Assembly (NCBI GenBank): GCA_964057225.1
Contig: OZ059895.1
Span: 8,680,001 to 8,744,000, forward strand
DNA: 64,000 nucleotides
Reading direction: 5' to 3'
DNA from: Auanema rhodensis
Taxonomy: Eukaryota > Animalia > Nematoda
Both the position numbers and the translations under genes were made by a program. Under the pieces are notes generated by a model. That model was not told the DNA's origin. It made no database searches and worked only from the letters and a program-made list of their open reading frames with translations. Of this stretch, positions 10,790 to 31,476 are shown piece by piece. Position 1 is the stretch's first letter; the number at the start of each line of letters is the position of its first letter.

Positions 10790-13700
10790 CTACATATAGA
10801 TATATAAGGCTGATGAGGCTAAATCCTCAAAGATGAAGATATCCGTCATCGACATAGTTCTTATCAGATGTCCTTACGTTGAGTCCTTGACCGGTAAGGT
10901 CTCCAAAGGTATAATTGTATCCGTAAAACTTTTTTTCTCATATATAAAAAAAAGATTATACACCTTTAGATACATATAATTCTGGATATCATATCCCTGG
11001 TATCAATGCATTTTAGCTTTCTCAAATTGAAATGCCAAATGAATGAAAAAGGCAAGCATAACAAAAGCATATGGATGATTGTATTTATGAGCCATAATTT
11101 CGTGGAATAATATGCCATCTTTGCAGATTAATTTTCGTTTTCTGGACATAACAGCGAATAGCCCATTTTCCATTCAACATAACTTCTTTTCCTTCAGGTA
11201 TGCGAATCCGGTCTTGTTTCTATCCGCTTATTTATCGCTTAGCTATTTGCTATAATCCTTCCAAATATCTAACTCGAGGTGTCACCAATTGGCAGATTAC
11301 CGAATTCTAAAAGGTTATACTTTCACCACATCTTTCCAACTATACAAAAGTAATTTTAGTCTTATTCCTTTCAGTGGTTAGTATATATGCAAACACATAG
11401 TTTTATAGATATAAACTAACTCAAAATTCATAGTTTTCAAATGTGTAGGAAAATATTGAACGACAGAAAGGTGACTCCAACTTAAAAATTTTCAATTTCG
11501 CAATAATTGAATTCTGATAAACGATTCTTTTCATTTTTTGGAGTTTGGAAGTAAATTTGGTGGAAAACAACAACCTAATAGAACATTCAGGCAAACGTGC
11601 CCGTTCTGCAATTTTTAAGGAAGGGTCAAAACTGGTCATTTATAACGTAGTGATCTAGTGGATGCTTTATGAGATAGCCAGTCAACAATCAGATCTCATG
11701 CAACACATCGTTCGTTTTGTATTGCAACCACTGGTTGTATTTGAGCAACAGCTGTATATATCGAAAAAGCTTCTTCCATGCACAGAGAAAGAGAGAATCA
11801 CTAAGATAGTAGAAACCGATGAAGTCAGACGCAAGTAGAATAGAGAAAAAGGACGAACAGGCTAAGAGACAGAAGAAACGAATATTTATAACTATAGAAG
11901 GAACCCAAGAAAGAAGGGAGGATGCCCAAATATGATGAAAAATGGATGAGGTGTCGGCACGCAATAAATACATGCATAAAGTACGAAGCGTCATTCATAA
12001 CAGACTAGTAAGATGTTTCATGATATCTGTTTGAGCAAACGACAACGACGAAACGATATAAAACAGAAAGTTTTAAAACGGGATCAGCATAAACGCATCT
12101 CTTTTACTCCAATACTTTAGGTTCCCTTATGACTTGTTGAAAAAGTAAAAATAGTGATTCAAATATGAAAACATTTCTGAAATAATAAATTTTTGACTAC
12201 AAAAGTTTCGTAAATGCTTTATAAAGAAGTAAACTGCTTGAATTTTAATTACTTAATTCATTTTGGTGCAATCAGTGCCCTCATCAGTGCCTGAGAAAAC
12301 AAAGCATATTTAATACTTGGAAATTCGAATTGCTGTCTGGAAAAAAATTCACATAAATAATTTGCCAAGTAATTTCAAGAAAATGTACTTGACGGCAATG
12401 CCAATAATTTCTTCTTTCAGACGGAATCTCTTGATGAACGTTCGTCAAATGGAGCAGTATTCGAGATATACAAAATCATGTTAGTATATTCAGAATAATA
12501 AATAATATCACGAGAAAAAAATGCTTATTTCTTCAAAAGAAGAATTAAAAACAAAAAGATAAGGTACAATTACAACCATTTTTCTGCAATAATGCTCTAT
12601 TGGATTAGTAAATTCCCACAACACAGAAAAGTTTCGGAACAGTACACGTTGAAATTTGAAGAAAACAATTAATTGCATATTCAGTAAGTACCCAGCTTTA
12701 TTTTTCCTTGTCAAAAAATATGAAACGGTGGATCGATGTATTAAATATGAATGTCAGAACGAACAATCAAAAACATCTGAAAAATATAATTTATTTGGGC
12801 ATTGTTTCCTGTTTTCTGGTAAATTCACATTTTTGGTATGGGCTGATAAAGATTATTTAGCCAATTGCCTATGCCTATCATGACTACTATGATTACAGAG
12901 CAGAGGTGAGCTTATAAAAAATAGAAAAAAAGTATATTAGTTTGTGTTTAATTTGCAACCCTGAAGTTTCTTCCAAAGGTTTACAAAGAAATGTAATGGA
13001 AATTTATAGTTGAAGTACAATTTAATTAAGTATTTGCTTATCTCCGATTTATTTTACTTTGTGGGAGGTCTATTTGCAAAAAATATAATGCTGCTATCAT
13101 TTTCCTGTAAATATCAAAAGATAGTGGTTGTTCTTCATTACGAGAATACATAAACACATTTCTATTCATGAATACTATCAATACTATGCCAATAAAACCT
13201 ACTATACCGCCTCTCAAAAAGGTGATAAAAATTAAAAAACTGCATGGTTTTGAAAATAATGCATAATAAAGTAAATTAATTTTTCTAGGCAAAAGGATTT
13301 GTTGAGGAAATTATTGAAAAACTTCCAAATCTTCCGGGTATACTTGGGTAATTTTGTCAAACACAACAGTCTCGAAAGTCTCACTTCAGAGAACAAAAAA
13401 CTACTGTATACTGTATTGCTTTTGGAATTATTCTCACATTTCTATTCTGTGTTTGCTTCGTTAAGTGTTGCTGTAGTTCAAATTATAAAAGGGAAGGCAG
13501 ACGAAGGCGTCGAAGCAGTTCGAGACGTCGAGAAAGAGTTTGATAAAGAATTATATTGTATAAGCATTGTTTTCCGTTTGTTTTATATAAAATAAAGTTT
13601 TTTAAATGCAATTTATTATGCAAAGGTAAATTGGCATTTAAACTAAACAGAGAACTACATAACAGCCAAATATCTGAACGATTTGATCCGCCCTTTAGTT

Positions 13701-15802
13701 ATTTTTGTAAAAACAGTGCCACATCTCCACAAACTAAAAGACTGTACGATATCACAATTTTAATTTGTAATTATAAAATGTTTATAAACAGTTATGTGAT
13801 GGAATAATATTATAAATAATATTTACATATTAAGTCATTGCATATATTATTATATACCGTAGATTGTTGCTCGAGGTAATCATATGCATTTGTTGTGTTT
13901 TTTATTCTTTTTTATTTAGATATTCTATCGTCATTCAGCAATAAACTTTCATACGAGAAGCATGTTTCTCCTGTTATTGACTGCAGATAGGGTTGGCTGA
14001 AAACCCGTTCAAAATCCTCAGGACAGAAAATGAGAGAATTTATTAAGTAGGTAATGACTAACACTTCTCTTTTTAGTACTAACAAAATTGTTTTAAACTT
14101 CTTCTACTTATTATTCTTAATATTCAGTACAAAATTTATATTTGTCCTTATCGATTTCCATAGAATGCGACAATAGACATGTGAGTTCTGTTATTTTTGA
14201 AAACTTCATTTTTCTGTCTCAAGTTTTCCCCCACGGAGCTTAAAATTTCTATACGCTTTATAGACATTCTAAGAATTATTTTGATTGCTAGCACGTTTAC
14301 TGCATGTGTTCCCGGTTATGATATACCTATATATGTCCTTGTTAGTTTGTTTTTTCATTTTACGAGATGTCTGGGTTTTTTACCGGAGAGGATAGATACT
14401 CTTGCAGACTGCTTGTCTAGTACGCTTCTGTTCGTCATGCGTCGTATGCTGTTTTTTCCAGCTCCTTGTTTACAGCCAGCCATAGTTACGAGTGCAATAT
14501 CGAGAAAAGGCAGAAGCTTTTTCTTTATTAGCGACTTATAATATTACGTTCTTTTCTGCATGTTACTTTATTATATCACCCATTATTCAGTTCAGAACTG
14601 GTTTCATTTGCTTTGATCAATAATACAACAGAATGACTAGAGCTCATCTTTGTCTTCGTCTTTCTTGTCATGTGTGTCTGCCTAGATCTCAAACCTCATT
14701 CACAGTTGTAACCTTTTCCACATTTTCAAATTAATGAGAGCATTTGTATATTTCCATTATTGGCGTTCTCAAAAGCGCCTTCCACTTAAATTTCCTTTCT
14801 TTTTATTTCGTTTTTTCATCATCAGCAGCAGCACATGGCACTAGGCATGTGTGTATGTATGTATGTGTTTCTGTCTAACCTTCTCATTCTCTCATTCTTC
14901 AGTTCTCCATCTTCCTATCTCAAGCGCTGTTGCGTTTTCCCGTCTTTTTCTCTCCTGCTTTCCATTTTATTTATTCTTCTCTCAGCCTGCTCCGGCCTCT
15001 CGTTTATGCCCTGAATGCTTCCTCACGTTTGTTCACGTTATCTTCTATCTTTTGCTCGACATTTGCTCAGTATAATTTCGATTAAATTAGTCACAATTGA
15101 AAAGTTTCAATACACGCGTCGCTGTGTTAATACATACTTTTTTTTCCGTTTTTTTAATTTTTTTCACTTTTTATTAATTGATAAATATAAGGGAAACAAA
15201 TTATATATATAGTTGAAAATGTTGTAAAAGTTTTAACTTTTATTTCTTTTATCGAAAGCTTTACTTAAACTGCTATCTATTGGCTTCATTTTTCTTAATT
15301 AAATACGATTAGGTGTATCATTATATCGGCACAATTTGAAACATTGTTATTAGTTTGAAAAGAATGTCTATGACTTTTCTTTTGTTGATCTTGTATTTCT
15401 TTTTCAGAGTTTTCATTTCGCTATATCAAATTTTCTTCTTCATTGTCAGCTTTTTTTTAATCTTTCTTTTTTTTTCTTTCGAATTGTTCTGCATTTTGTT
15501 TGTTTACGCTTTCTTCACGGAAATAGGATTTCCTATCATTCTTATTTTGGTTTGGAAGTAGAATATATCAGCCTGAAGAAACACTGACTTAATAAAATCT
15601 CTAAAAGTGTCTCATTTGTGACTTAATAGGCAAATGATAAGCAGCCACTTTGATCTCTGGCTTTCAATATATTTTCAAAATCAAATTTCTCCTGGCTATG
15701 CATTCAACAACCAACGAATCGTTTTCTCTATAATAGAATTCACTTTCACTTTCTCCTTTTTCAGACGCAGGCGATTCCCTTTAAGGGAGTGTAGCAGGCA
15801 TC

Positions 15803-19683
<3,881 letters not shown>

Positions 19684-20186
19684 AGGACTTGTGAGATGAT
19701 GTACATTTTAAAACAAATTTTAAATCTTTGTTTTCGTTGCCATGACGTTATAATGTCGATGTAGCCAAATCAATAGTTGCAGAAGTAGTAATTAGCTATT
19801 TTTTTGTATTTGAAACGTTTAAAATGTTGTACCCTGTTAGCTAACGGATTAGTACTGACCCTTCTAATACTGTGATCAAAATTCTTGAGCATTTCCAAAA
19901 TACCTGTTGTATATACATATATCTAGTCTTTACCAACTTGTAAATAAGAGTGCTACATAGATTATATAGTTTTCTATCGCATATCCGTTGCCCTCTTTAA
20001 TCGTATTATGACAAGATCATTGAATAAAAGAACTGTTACTAAAGATTTAAAATAAAATTAATATCGGACGAATTGCTTCTTTGGCAATCTAGACGGATTT
20101 CCGTTCATAGATACATTGCAAAAATTGAATTTTTTCCCAATTCAAAATGTTTATTGGAGTTAACAACGTTTCTGATTTTGGTTTTT

Positions 20187-20999
20187 TCAAATAACATTTT
20201 TCTCAACAAGTCGACGATAAACTTCATGAATTGGTAGTCCAACGATATTCGAGAAACATCCCTGAATGCCTTTAACAAAAACTCCTCCATATTCCTGAAT
20301 GCCATAAGAACCTGCGCGTGACCTGATTTGATTCTTGAATTATCAACGTTAATATATGTAGATTAACTTACAAAGGTGAACCAGTAGCAACGTAATTTTC
20401 GATGATTTTGTCAGGAAAATCTCCAAATTCAATCATGGATTCAACACTAAATGTTTCTTCAGTTCCATCAGAATATGCAATTGATACTCCGGAATAGCAC
20501 GCATGAGTATTTTTGCGAAGTCTGAAAACTTCAATTATACTTTTAACTATTTAGATAATTTTTTCAAAATTGAAATAAGTTCGGAGAATAGGTAATTTTA
20601 ACCTTTTCAATGTAGCAATTGCGTCAGAACTATCAAGTGGTTTTCCAATTATCTCATTTTCAAAATAGATTACCGTGTCGCTTGCAATAACCGCGTCATA
20701 TGGTTCCTAATCAAATATCTCAAGTATATCTTGTCCGCAAATGAAACTGACCGGATCTTTACGTAGGCTCTCAAGAACAGCTTGAAGTTTACCATTAGCA
20801 GTTTTCTCTACAAATTCCCTAACGGGCAGTGTTTTGGGAAGATTTTCTTCGAAATCAGAAACTTTGACAATAGGATCAATACCCTGAAAATTAATAAATA
20901 TGATTTGAGTAGTGTATTTTCAGACTTACAATACTCCTAAGGAGGCGAAGGCGGTTCACAGAGGAAGAGGCTAAAATAATAACTGGTTTCGAAGTAGAC

Positions 21000-21001
<2 letters not shown>
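20187..21001 (-). CDS. dod-18: Maf/ASMTL-N family nucleoside triphosphate pyrophosphatase, 5 exons
   Basis: [32 protein letters not shown]...IIGKP, AGSYGIQ, NIVGLP. Confidence 0.92.
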
Positions 21002-22476
<1,475 letters not shown>

Positions 22477-22822
22477 CTGAGAAATCCGAATAGAATATTC
22501 AATTGATACATACTTTAGATATAATAGTTCGCTAGATATGTCATGAATACAGACTTCTAATAATTGTGATAGGTCTTATTGCTCAGCTCTTATTATTACC
22601 GCCTAATGTTTTATTGTTTGTTTCAGTTATAAAACTGTCAACCAAAATTTTCCTAGTTATGTTGAAAACTACAACTTGTGGTCAAAACAATGAAATATTG
22701 AGGAAACATCACTATTCATCCTTATATGAAAACAGAAGACGAAACTATCAATCTACAAAATTCATACTATACTCTTGATGCCGTTGAAGACAAAACAATC
22801 AACACGCAACAAATTATATAAC

Positions 22823-24000
22823 TTAGGTACTCTTGGGTGGCTCACGTCCTTTAACGGGCTTGTACAAGAACTTCTGGTTCTTTGTGAAGGTCCAGATGCT
22901 ACGCTTTCCGTACAAAAGAATCAAACCAACAATTGGAGTAATAGCAAGAATCTAAAAAAAAATTAGCTGATAAACTTTGTTATTCATTTATTTTACCTTA
23001 AGTGCCCACTTCTTTCTAGTATCATGATATGGCTCAGCACACCAATGCATAAAGGTTGCAACGTCCTTAGCTTGTTGAGACATAGTAGCGGATGTTCCAT
23101 CCTAGGAATATATTGAAGAAACTATGTTATATCGTTTCTTACCTTGTATTCAATTCCTTCGTCGAAGAGTTGTTGAGGCATAGAGATAATTCCACCAGCG
23201 AAATATGGGTTGTAGGCCTTGCCATCATCAACCTGAATGAGAAAAAAAATCATGCTAAAATTATATTAAATAACCTTAATTCCGGCAGGAGCCTCCAAAT
23301 AACCTGTAAGAAGAGAGAAAACGTAATCGTCTCCTCCATGTCTTGCTAAAGACATAAGAGAGAGATCAGGAGGAGCAGCACCTTTAAGCCAATAATTTAA
23401 TAAAATAATATATATACATTTTACTACCGTTGTTAGCAGCAGCAGCAGCCTTCTTGTTTGGATAAGGATCAGGAAGCTTATCAGTCAATATTCCAGGTCT
23501 TTGGATAGCTTGTCCTCTATCGTTAACATCATTGACAAGAGCTTCGGCAGCTTCAGCCTTAGCCTCTTCCTTGAATAATTAAATGGTAAATATATTTCTT
23601 CAAAAAGTTACCTCAGTCATGATAGTATCCACAAAGTGTCTGTAGTGGATAAACTTCATAGAGTGGCAGGCGGCACAAACTTGCTTATACACTTCATAAC
23701 CTCGACGTACACTGAATAATTCAACTTAAAAACACAATTGTAAAATTAAAAACTTACGAGGCAATATCAAATGAAGAAAATGTTCCGGAGTGGGCCCATG
23801 GCAGATGGTATGGATGGACGGCATCTCCACTAGCACTCACTGAATTTTCAAGAGCATATACCAAAGCAGCACCAGTACCTCCAACAACACCGGCAGCAAT
23901 CGCAGCCGCGCGCTAAAACCATAAGATATCTCGAAAACTTTTCGGTAAAAAAACAAACCGAGACACCTTTAGATCCTTGAGCAACGGCCCGCTGCATCAT
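22823..24000 (-). CDS. cyc-1: Cytochrome c1, mitochondrial complex III
   Basis: [17 protein letters not shown] heme motif, [33 protein letters not shown]. Confidence 0.97.
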
Positions 24001-24305
24001 AATGCAACAGTTTTTACCTAAAGCATAAACATAAATATTAACAATAAATGAGTTAAATATGAAGCATGTACTTTATCAATATATTCAAATTATTCGTAAT
24101 ATCATATTATTATTAAGAAATAAAACTAAATTCAAAAACATAACATCTTCAAACAGCAACAGAATTAATACAATGTTATATGTATGAAAAACGCCAAGAA
24201 GTGAGAGGAACCAGTTGACGCATCGGCCGTGTGTACAACCCGCGAAGTTTGAAATGAATTTTCCCGTGAGAAGCATTGATAAGGATCGTAGTTTGCCCGA
24301 GACTC

Positions 24306-26014
24306 TTACGATGATAAAAAACTATTAACAATCGATTCAGCAGAATTCAAATTGAATATTAATAAATCAATTTGATTATCAAATGACAGTTGAAACATAA
24401 ACTCTTCCGAATTTTTATCAACTTCTAGAACTTCTTTCGCCTGTTTTAGACGAAGGAAATCGTTGATCTGCTCACGGACGGGAGCCAAAACACAGGTTCG
24501 TATGTTTTTAAGAATATTTTTATTTATTCTGGAATGAGAATGTGTTTTATAAATTAGGTGTATGTAAACTTATGTAAAGCTTGAGATTGTGCCAGATTAA
24601 AAACAGAACAATAATAAGCAGCTGCAGCACCAATATCCTCAAATCGTACAGGAGCTATTAAAGACCATAATGATCCTAATTCATCCTGGAATATTGGTTC
24701 ATCAATATATCCTTTGTAATGATCTAAGATCCAAGCCAGAAGAAGACAATCTCCTTCAATATTTTTGTTAACCTGAAATAATGTAACATACAGAACTTTA
24801 TTTAATTACAGTCAAACCTGGGTTAATCTTTCAATCAAGCGTTTCATAATGAGAACTCTAGGAATAGAGCTACACATACGAAGAACAGCTTCAACTTTTT
24901 TCATAATTTCCACCCGGCTATTTTCGAGTTCAAAGTCTTGAATATAGGGAAACGCTGTGAAGACCAGTAACTAAAAATGGATAAACTACGTTTAATACAA
25001 AGAAAAGTTTTACTTCTAAAGCAGCCATATTTTGCTCAGAAAATGTTCTATTCATATTTTGAAGAATTAAGTCAAAACTGTTCAAAACCGAAGGAATGTG
25101 AAGATCACCTCGATTGTCATCGAAGTTTTGAAGGTATATACTCAAATTGTGAACTATTTCGTGGACTAAATAGTTCTTCTGATATACTTTAGGTAAATAC
25201 TTTCCATTTTCATAAGTAACTATAACTCGGAATGTTACAATGTCTGAAACTATTCACATACTTAAAACAGGATGCAATCCTAATCTTTCTCTTGAGCATA
25301 GCCAGAAATTATGTAGATCTATCGGTACTTTTAAACAATTGGCCAAAATGAATTGGAAAAGCTTCGGAAACCTTTAAAAAATTATGGTCATCCTTCAAAT
25401 GACGAGGTATACCTGTAGGACTTGAGTTGCATGTGAGAATTATACAGATCAAGAATAAGCGTTGCATCTATAACTTTAAAATTCAAGTCCTGCTGTTCGC
25501 TTTGAGTTATGCGCTTCTCCAATTGGAATGGAAGTTCATAAAGCAGAACATCCCAACAGTGTCTGTCAATAAAAATTGTTTTCATAGTATAGGACTACTT
25601 ACTCGTCCATATTTTCAGTTTGAACTTTTTCTTTCAGTACAGTCATGATTATTTTGAATAAAAAATGAGAACAAGATATGCGTACTAACTCAGAGGAAAT
25701 TTGGATCGTTTGATCTACGGAGCATTCTCTATAAAAATAAATAGTAAAGTTGAGTTCTAGACCAGGCTGTTACTTCAATATTTGGTCAAAAAATTTATTC
25801 ATAACATCGTCTTCAACGCTTCCATAACTTTTATTTACAGTATGCGCTAAATCCGTAACGAAATTTTTGTTTTTCCCTAAAAACAAAAGACGGTGAAAAC
25901 ACTACTAGATTTCTCACATAAAGTTATATTCTTTGATAGAAGATCTAAAGCACTCTTGAAATCTCTTTTCTGAATAAGATTCAGAACATCAAGTGCAGCG
26001 TGGCTACCATCCAT
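24306..26014 (-). CDS. Putative glomulin (GLMN/ALF4/Ybp1 family) homologue, multi-exon
   Basis: A gene is clear from spliced ORFs and operon-like position. Family call from colinear similarities to recalled human GLMN: IPSVLNSFDLILQNM~LPMVLSPLYLLQFNM; LAWILDHYKGYID~EAFIIQNIKNQID; YCSVFNL~IMASLNL; NIRTCVLAPVREQI~NIENNFLKPLHIGL. Confidence 0.55.
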
Positions 26015-26292
26015 TCTAAAAATATTCAAATTCTTTCTACTTTATCAATTGATTAAGTAACGGTTTTTCAACCCCTCCAGCCTAGTGCGAATTATGACAA
26101 AAGTTTTATTGAAAATAATAATGGAAACGACGAACGTAACACCAAAAGCCACAAAAAAACAAATGTAACCCTTCATTTAATTCTCGCTTATCTTAATGGA
26201 GAATTAATAACAACAAGTTTATTTAATCGAATAGTTAGTTCATAGAGAACTCGTGATACTATTTACGCACTCAAACTACTTTATCCAAAAAT

Positions 26293-27288
26293 TTATTTTC
26301 CAGCAGTTGCTTCAGCGGCACGACGAGCCACAGATCTCTTTCCAACCATAGCAGTGAAACCAGTCTTAATAGCAGTAACGGAGCATCGGGAGCCACAAGT
26401 TTGGCATTGTAAGAAGAAAAGTCGAGTATCACGAGTTAGGGAAGTATCGGAAGAGCGGCATGTGTGACACATAACATATTCCTCTATAACCAAACAACAA
26501 TAGAAAAAATAAAATAATCAAAACTCACTAATATATTTTCTAAGAACACTTTCAAAATGTTTTTGTTGGAACCGACCCTTGACAATCAAGCAATTATTTC
26601 CGTCAATAGATCCAGTAGTACCTGAAATATTATTAAATTAAGAGAATTAACTACCTAATGAAAATACCCATTTCGGCCATAAGAAATTGTAATACATGTT
26701 TATCTTGTCGCTTCATCAGCCTACAGATCTCAGCGAAATTTGAAAAGGCTGTTTTTTTACTACCAGCTCTAGCTACCTGAAGTTTTTTTTTGACAGATAT
26801 GTCGAACAATATTTTTTTACCTCTGGAGGCTTCATAGCGAATTTCTTCTTCTCTCCAGATAGTTCTGGGTTCTTTTCTCTCATTATATTGAATACAAGGG
26901 TTAGCATTTCATCATAGGTATAATCTGGCCAAGGCCCTTTAGCATCTATAAGATTTGAAGCTCCAATACCAAGATCTTGAGCTGAACAGGAAAATAATAT
27001 TCAAAACAAAGAGAGCACATGCCTGGAGCTGTTTTATCAACAATGATTTCATCAGCATCTCGAACTCCCTTTTTCTTTTTCTTACCCAAATCAAGATCAT
27101 CTAAAAATTTAAATTCCCTTCTTTCACAATGTGCAAACACCTACCCACATCGTCAGCTACTTGATCAACATCAAGCTTGATGGGTTTTTTTACTTTTTTC
27201 TTTTTGGTAAGATTGAGTTCCTAGAAAATTTTATTTTCTTTAAAATCAAAAATATTCTAGCAAAGCTTACCAAATCGTCGTCCGCCAT
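26293..27288 (-). CDS. iftb-1: Translation initiation factor eIF2 beta
   Basis: Poly-Lys boxes, [28 protein letters not shown], zinc finger CHTC...CQTC. Confidence 0.97.
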
Positions 27289-27665
27289 TTTTATAAAATG
27301 TTTTTTACCCTGAAGTTCAGATATTAATATTTATAATCTTTATATTCACGTGAAAAGGATTAAAACATATTTTAGGATGTTTTAACTTAATAAAAATATA
27401 TATCTCAAAGAAGAATTCGACATGCATAACTTCGTGGGCGTGATGCAAAGGTTGCACGTTGTGTTGCAGAATTGGTCTTGTAACGATTACCAGCTAAATA
27501 GTCAGTGTTTGAACATTGCGCTGTTCTAACACTGATTGCTCATAGTATAAGTTCGTGTTTAGCTATATTTGCTATGCTTTCTTTGAAGCTTTTCCTTATA
27601 TTACTATCATAATATTTCGAAACATCATTATGGAAAATATAGTTTAATATTTTAGCTAAAACATT

Positions 27666-29543
<1,878 letters not shown>

Positions 29544-29927
29544 TTTTAATTTATTATTAGCATGCTTCGTATGTTCTCATATCTTTCATATCACTTTGGT
29601 TTTCTTTTTTTTGAGTGCATTATCATTATGATGTAAGCTTTCTGTGCCTTTCCTACCGCGCTATTTATTATGACAACATTTTTAGAAAACAAACCTGCTT
29701 GAACAGCCTTAATAATTTTAACAACTTTTAAATTATTTACTCTGGTCGTGTATTCCGAAGTAAACCTATGTTGTGCTCTCTTGGTATCGAGTTGTATATT
29801 TTGTTCATATATTACATGAAATTAATTAAATTACTTTCGTTGTATTTAATTGGATTTCCATGGCCATTTTTTCAGTGATTAACTTTTTGAGATTTTATTC
29901 ACACGATATTTGAATTTTAGTAGAACT

Positions 29928-30678
29928 ATGGATCTCCCTGTAATGTATTATAACAAAAGCGAGTATATTGAAACAGCAACAGGTAACAAAGTTTTTCAAC
30001 CCATGGGCCAAGATAAAACTATTTGTGGAACACAAAACATTGTCTTGAATGGAAAGGTTTCAAATTATTCTATTTTTGCTTACAAATTACATGTTTGAAG
30101 AATATTATACACAAGGATGTAATCATTAGAGGGGACATGTGCGCAATTCGTACAGGAAAATATTGTATTGTTGGTGAAAGAACTATTATTCGTCCCAGCC
30201 AACGGCATTTTAATAATGGTCCTTCCATGTTTCCTGTTCATATTGGAGAGCATGTGCTGATCGAAGAAGTATGGTTCATGTTATATTCTGAGAACATCTC
30301 ATTCCTTTAGGATTGCGTTATCAGTGCGGCCCAGATATGCTCATATGTTCATATTGGAACTGGTATTTATATCGAATTGTTTTTTTTATTAATTTTTTTC
30401 TAAGGTTCCATAATTGGTAGGAGTGCTATAATTAAGGAATGTTGTCGAGTAGTACCAGGTTCAGTTGTAGCTCCTGATTCAGTATTCCCACCTTTTTCTA
30501 CAATTGGTGGAAATCCTGGTACATACCCTTTTGAACTCTTAAAATATTATCTTATCATATTACAGCGAAAGTGATAGGTCAGGAACCTGAATGCACCGTT
30601 GATCTTATGACACAAGCTACTAAGGAATATTATGAGAACTTTATTTCATCCAGTGCACCTAAAGCCTCTTTTGCTTAA
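29928..30678 (+). CDS. dnc-5: Dynactin subunit 5 (p25)
   Basis: [30 protein letters not shown], beta-helix repeats, [11 protein letters not shown]. Confidence 0.93.
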
Positions 30679-30680
30679 TA

Positions 30681-30712
30681 TATTAGGTGTGCGCAAAAGT
30701 TTCTGGCCACCC
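30681..30712 (+). mobile_element. Tc1/mariner-like terminal inverted repeat (partner end not found)
   Basis: TA-TTAGGTGTGCGCAAAAGTTTCTGGCCACCC resembles mariner-type ends such as TTAGGTTGGTGCAAAAGT; starts at a TA 3 nt after the dnc-5 stop. Confidence 0.4.
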
Positions 30713-31476
30713 ACAATGAAATTTAAATAAATATTTTGAAATTAAAAATTAGCATAAACGAAATTCAAAATTATATTTAAAAAAGTGTTTTAAATTTAAA
30801 TTATTTAAAAAAAAATTTTTTTGACTTTTATAGAATGAGCTTTTTCCGATTTTGTTATAATTATACCCAAATTGTGCTTTGAAAGGCATCGCTCAAATTC
30901 CATGTATTTTATGTCTAAATAATTCATTTCCTAACTTATTATAATGCAATTTTCAATAATAGCTTAGCGCTTCCGATATCATCTAGTCCGTTGGTTTTCA
31001 CACTGTAACAATTGATAAAATGGCTTCACGCAATTAGGATCAAATTCTTGTTATCAATAAATAATTTATTCGTTTTATAGAACAACCCATCCATAAATAA
31101 ATGAAAAATCTAAGAATATCATTAAATCGCATCCAAACAGTGAATAAAGTTTACCATCTACCGAAAGGCATCAGGTTAAATACGTTTTGCTGAGGAAAAC
31201 GGCATTGCAGCTTAAGCAACAGAAGCCAGTTGTTGATACTATACGGCATAAGAACTGGAATATCATATGTTTGGTAAAAATCACACTGCAGGTTCTACTC
31301 CCGCTCAAGAGATAAGGACACTTAATTTACCTACAGATAATAATAAAGGTAAGAACTCTTCCAAATAAGTCAACAAGAGGGAGATAGACTCCAATCACAG
31401 AAGATACTAATTAGAATAAAAACAGAACAAGGAACTAGGAGGGCCTAACACGTGGGGTTGGCCTTGAGATATACAT

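Noticed and set aside
13342-13353. 12-nt match to the SL1 leader core (AATTACCCAAGT, minus strand)
   Set aside because: Flanks do not match, no donor or Sm site follows, and a partial match is plausible by chance in AT-rich DNA.
11400-15700. Several short Phe/Ile/Leu-rich ORFs
   Set aside because: Typical by-products of T-rich non-coding DNA; no coherent exon chain. The segment 13490-13560 looks slightly protein-like but is unsupported.
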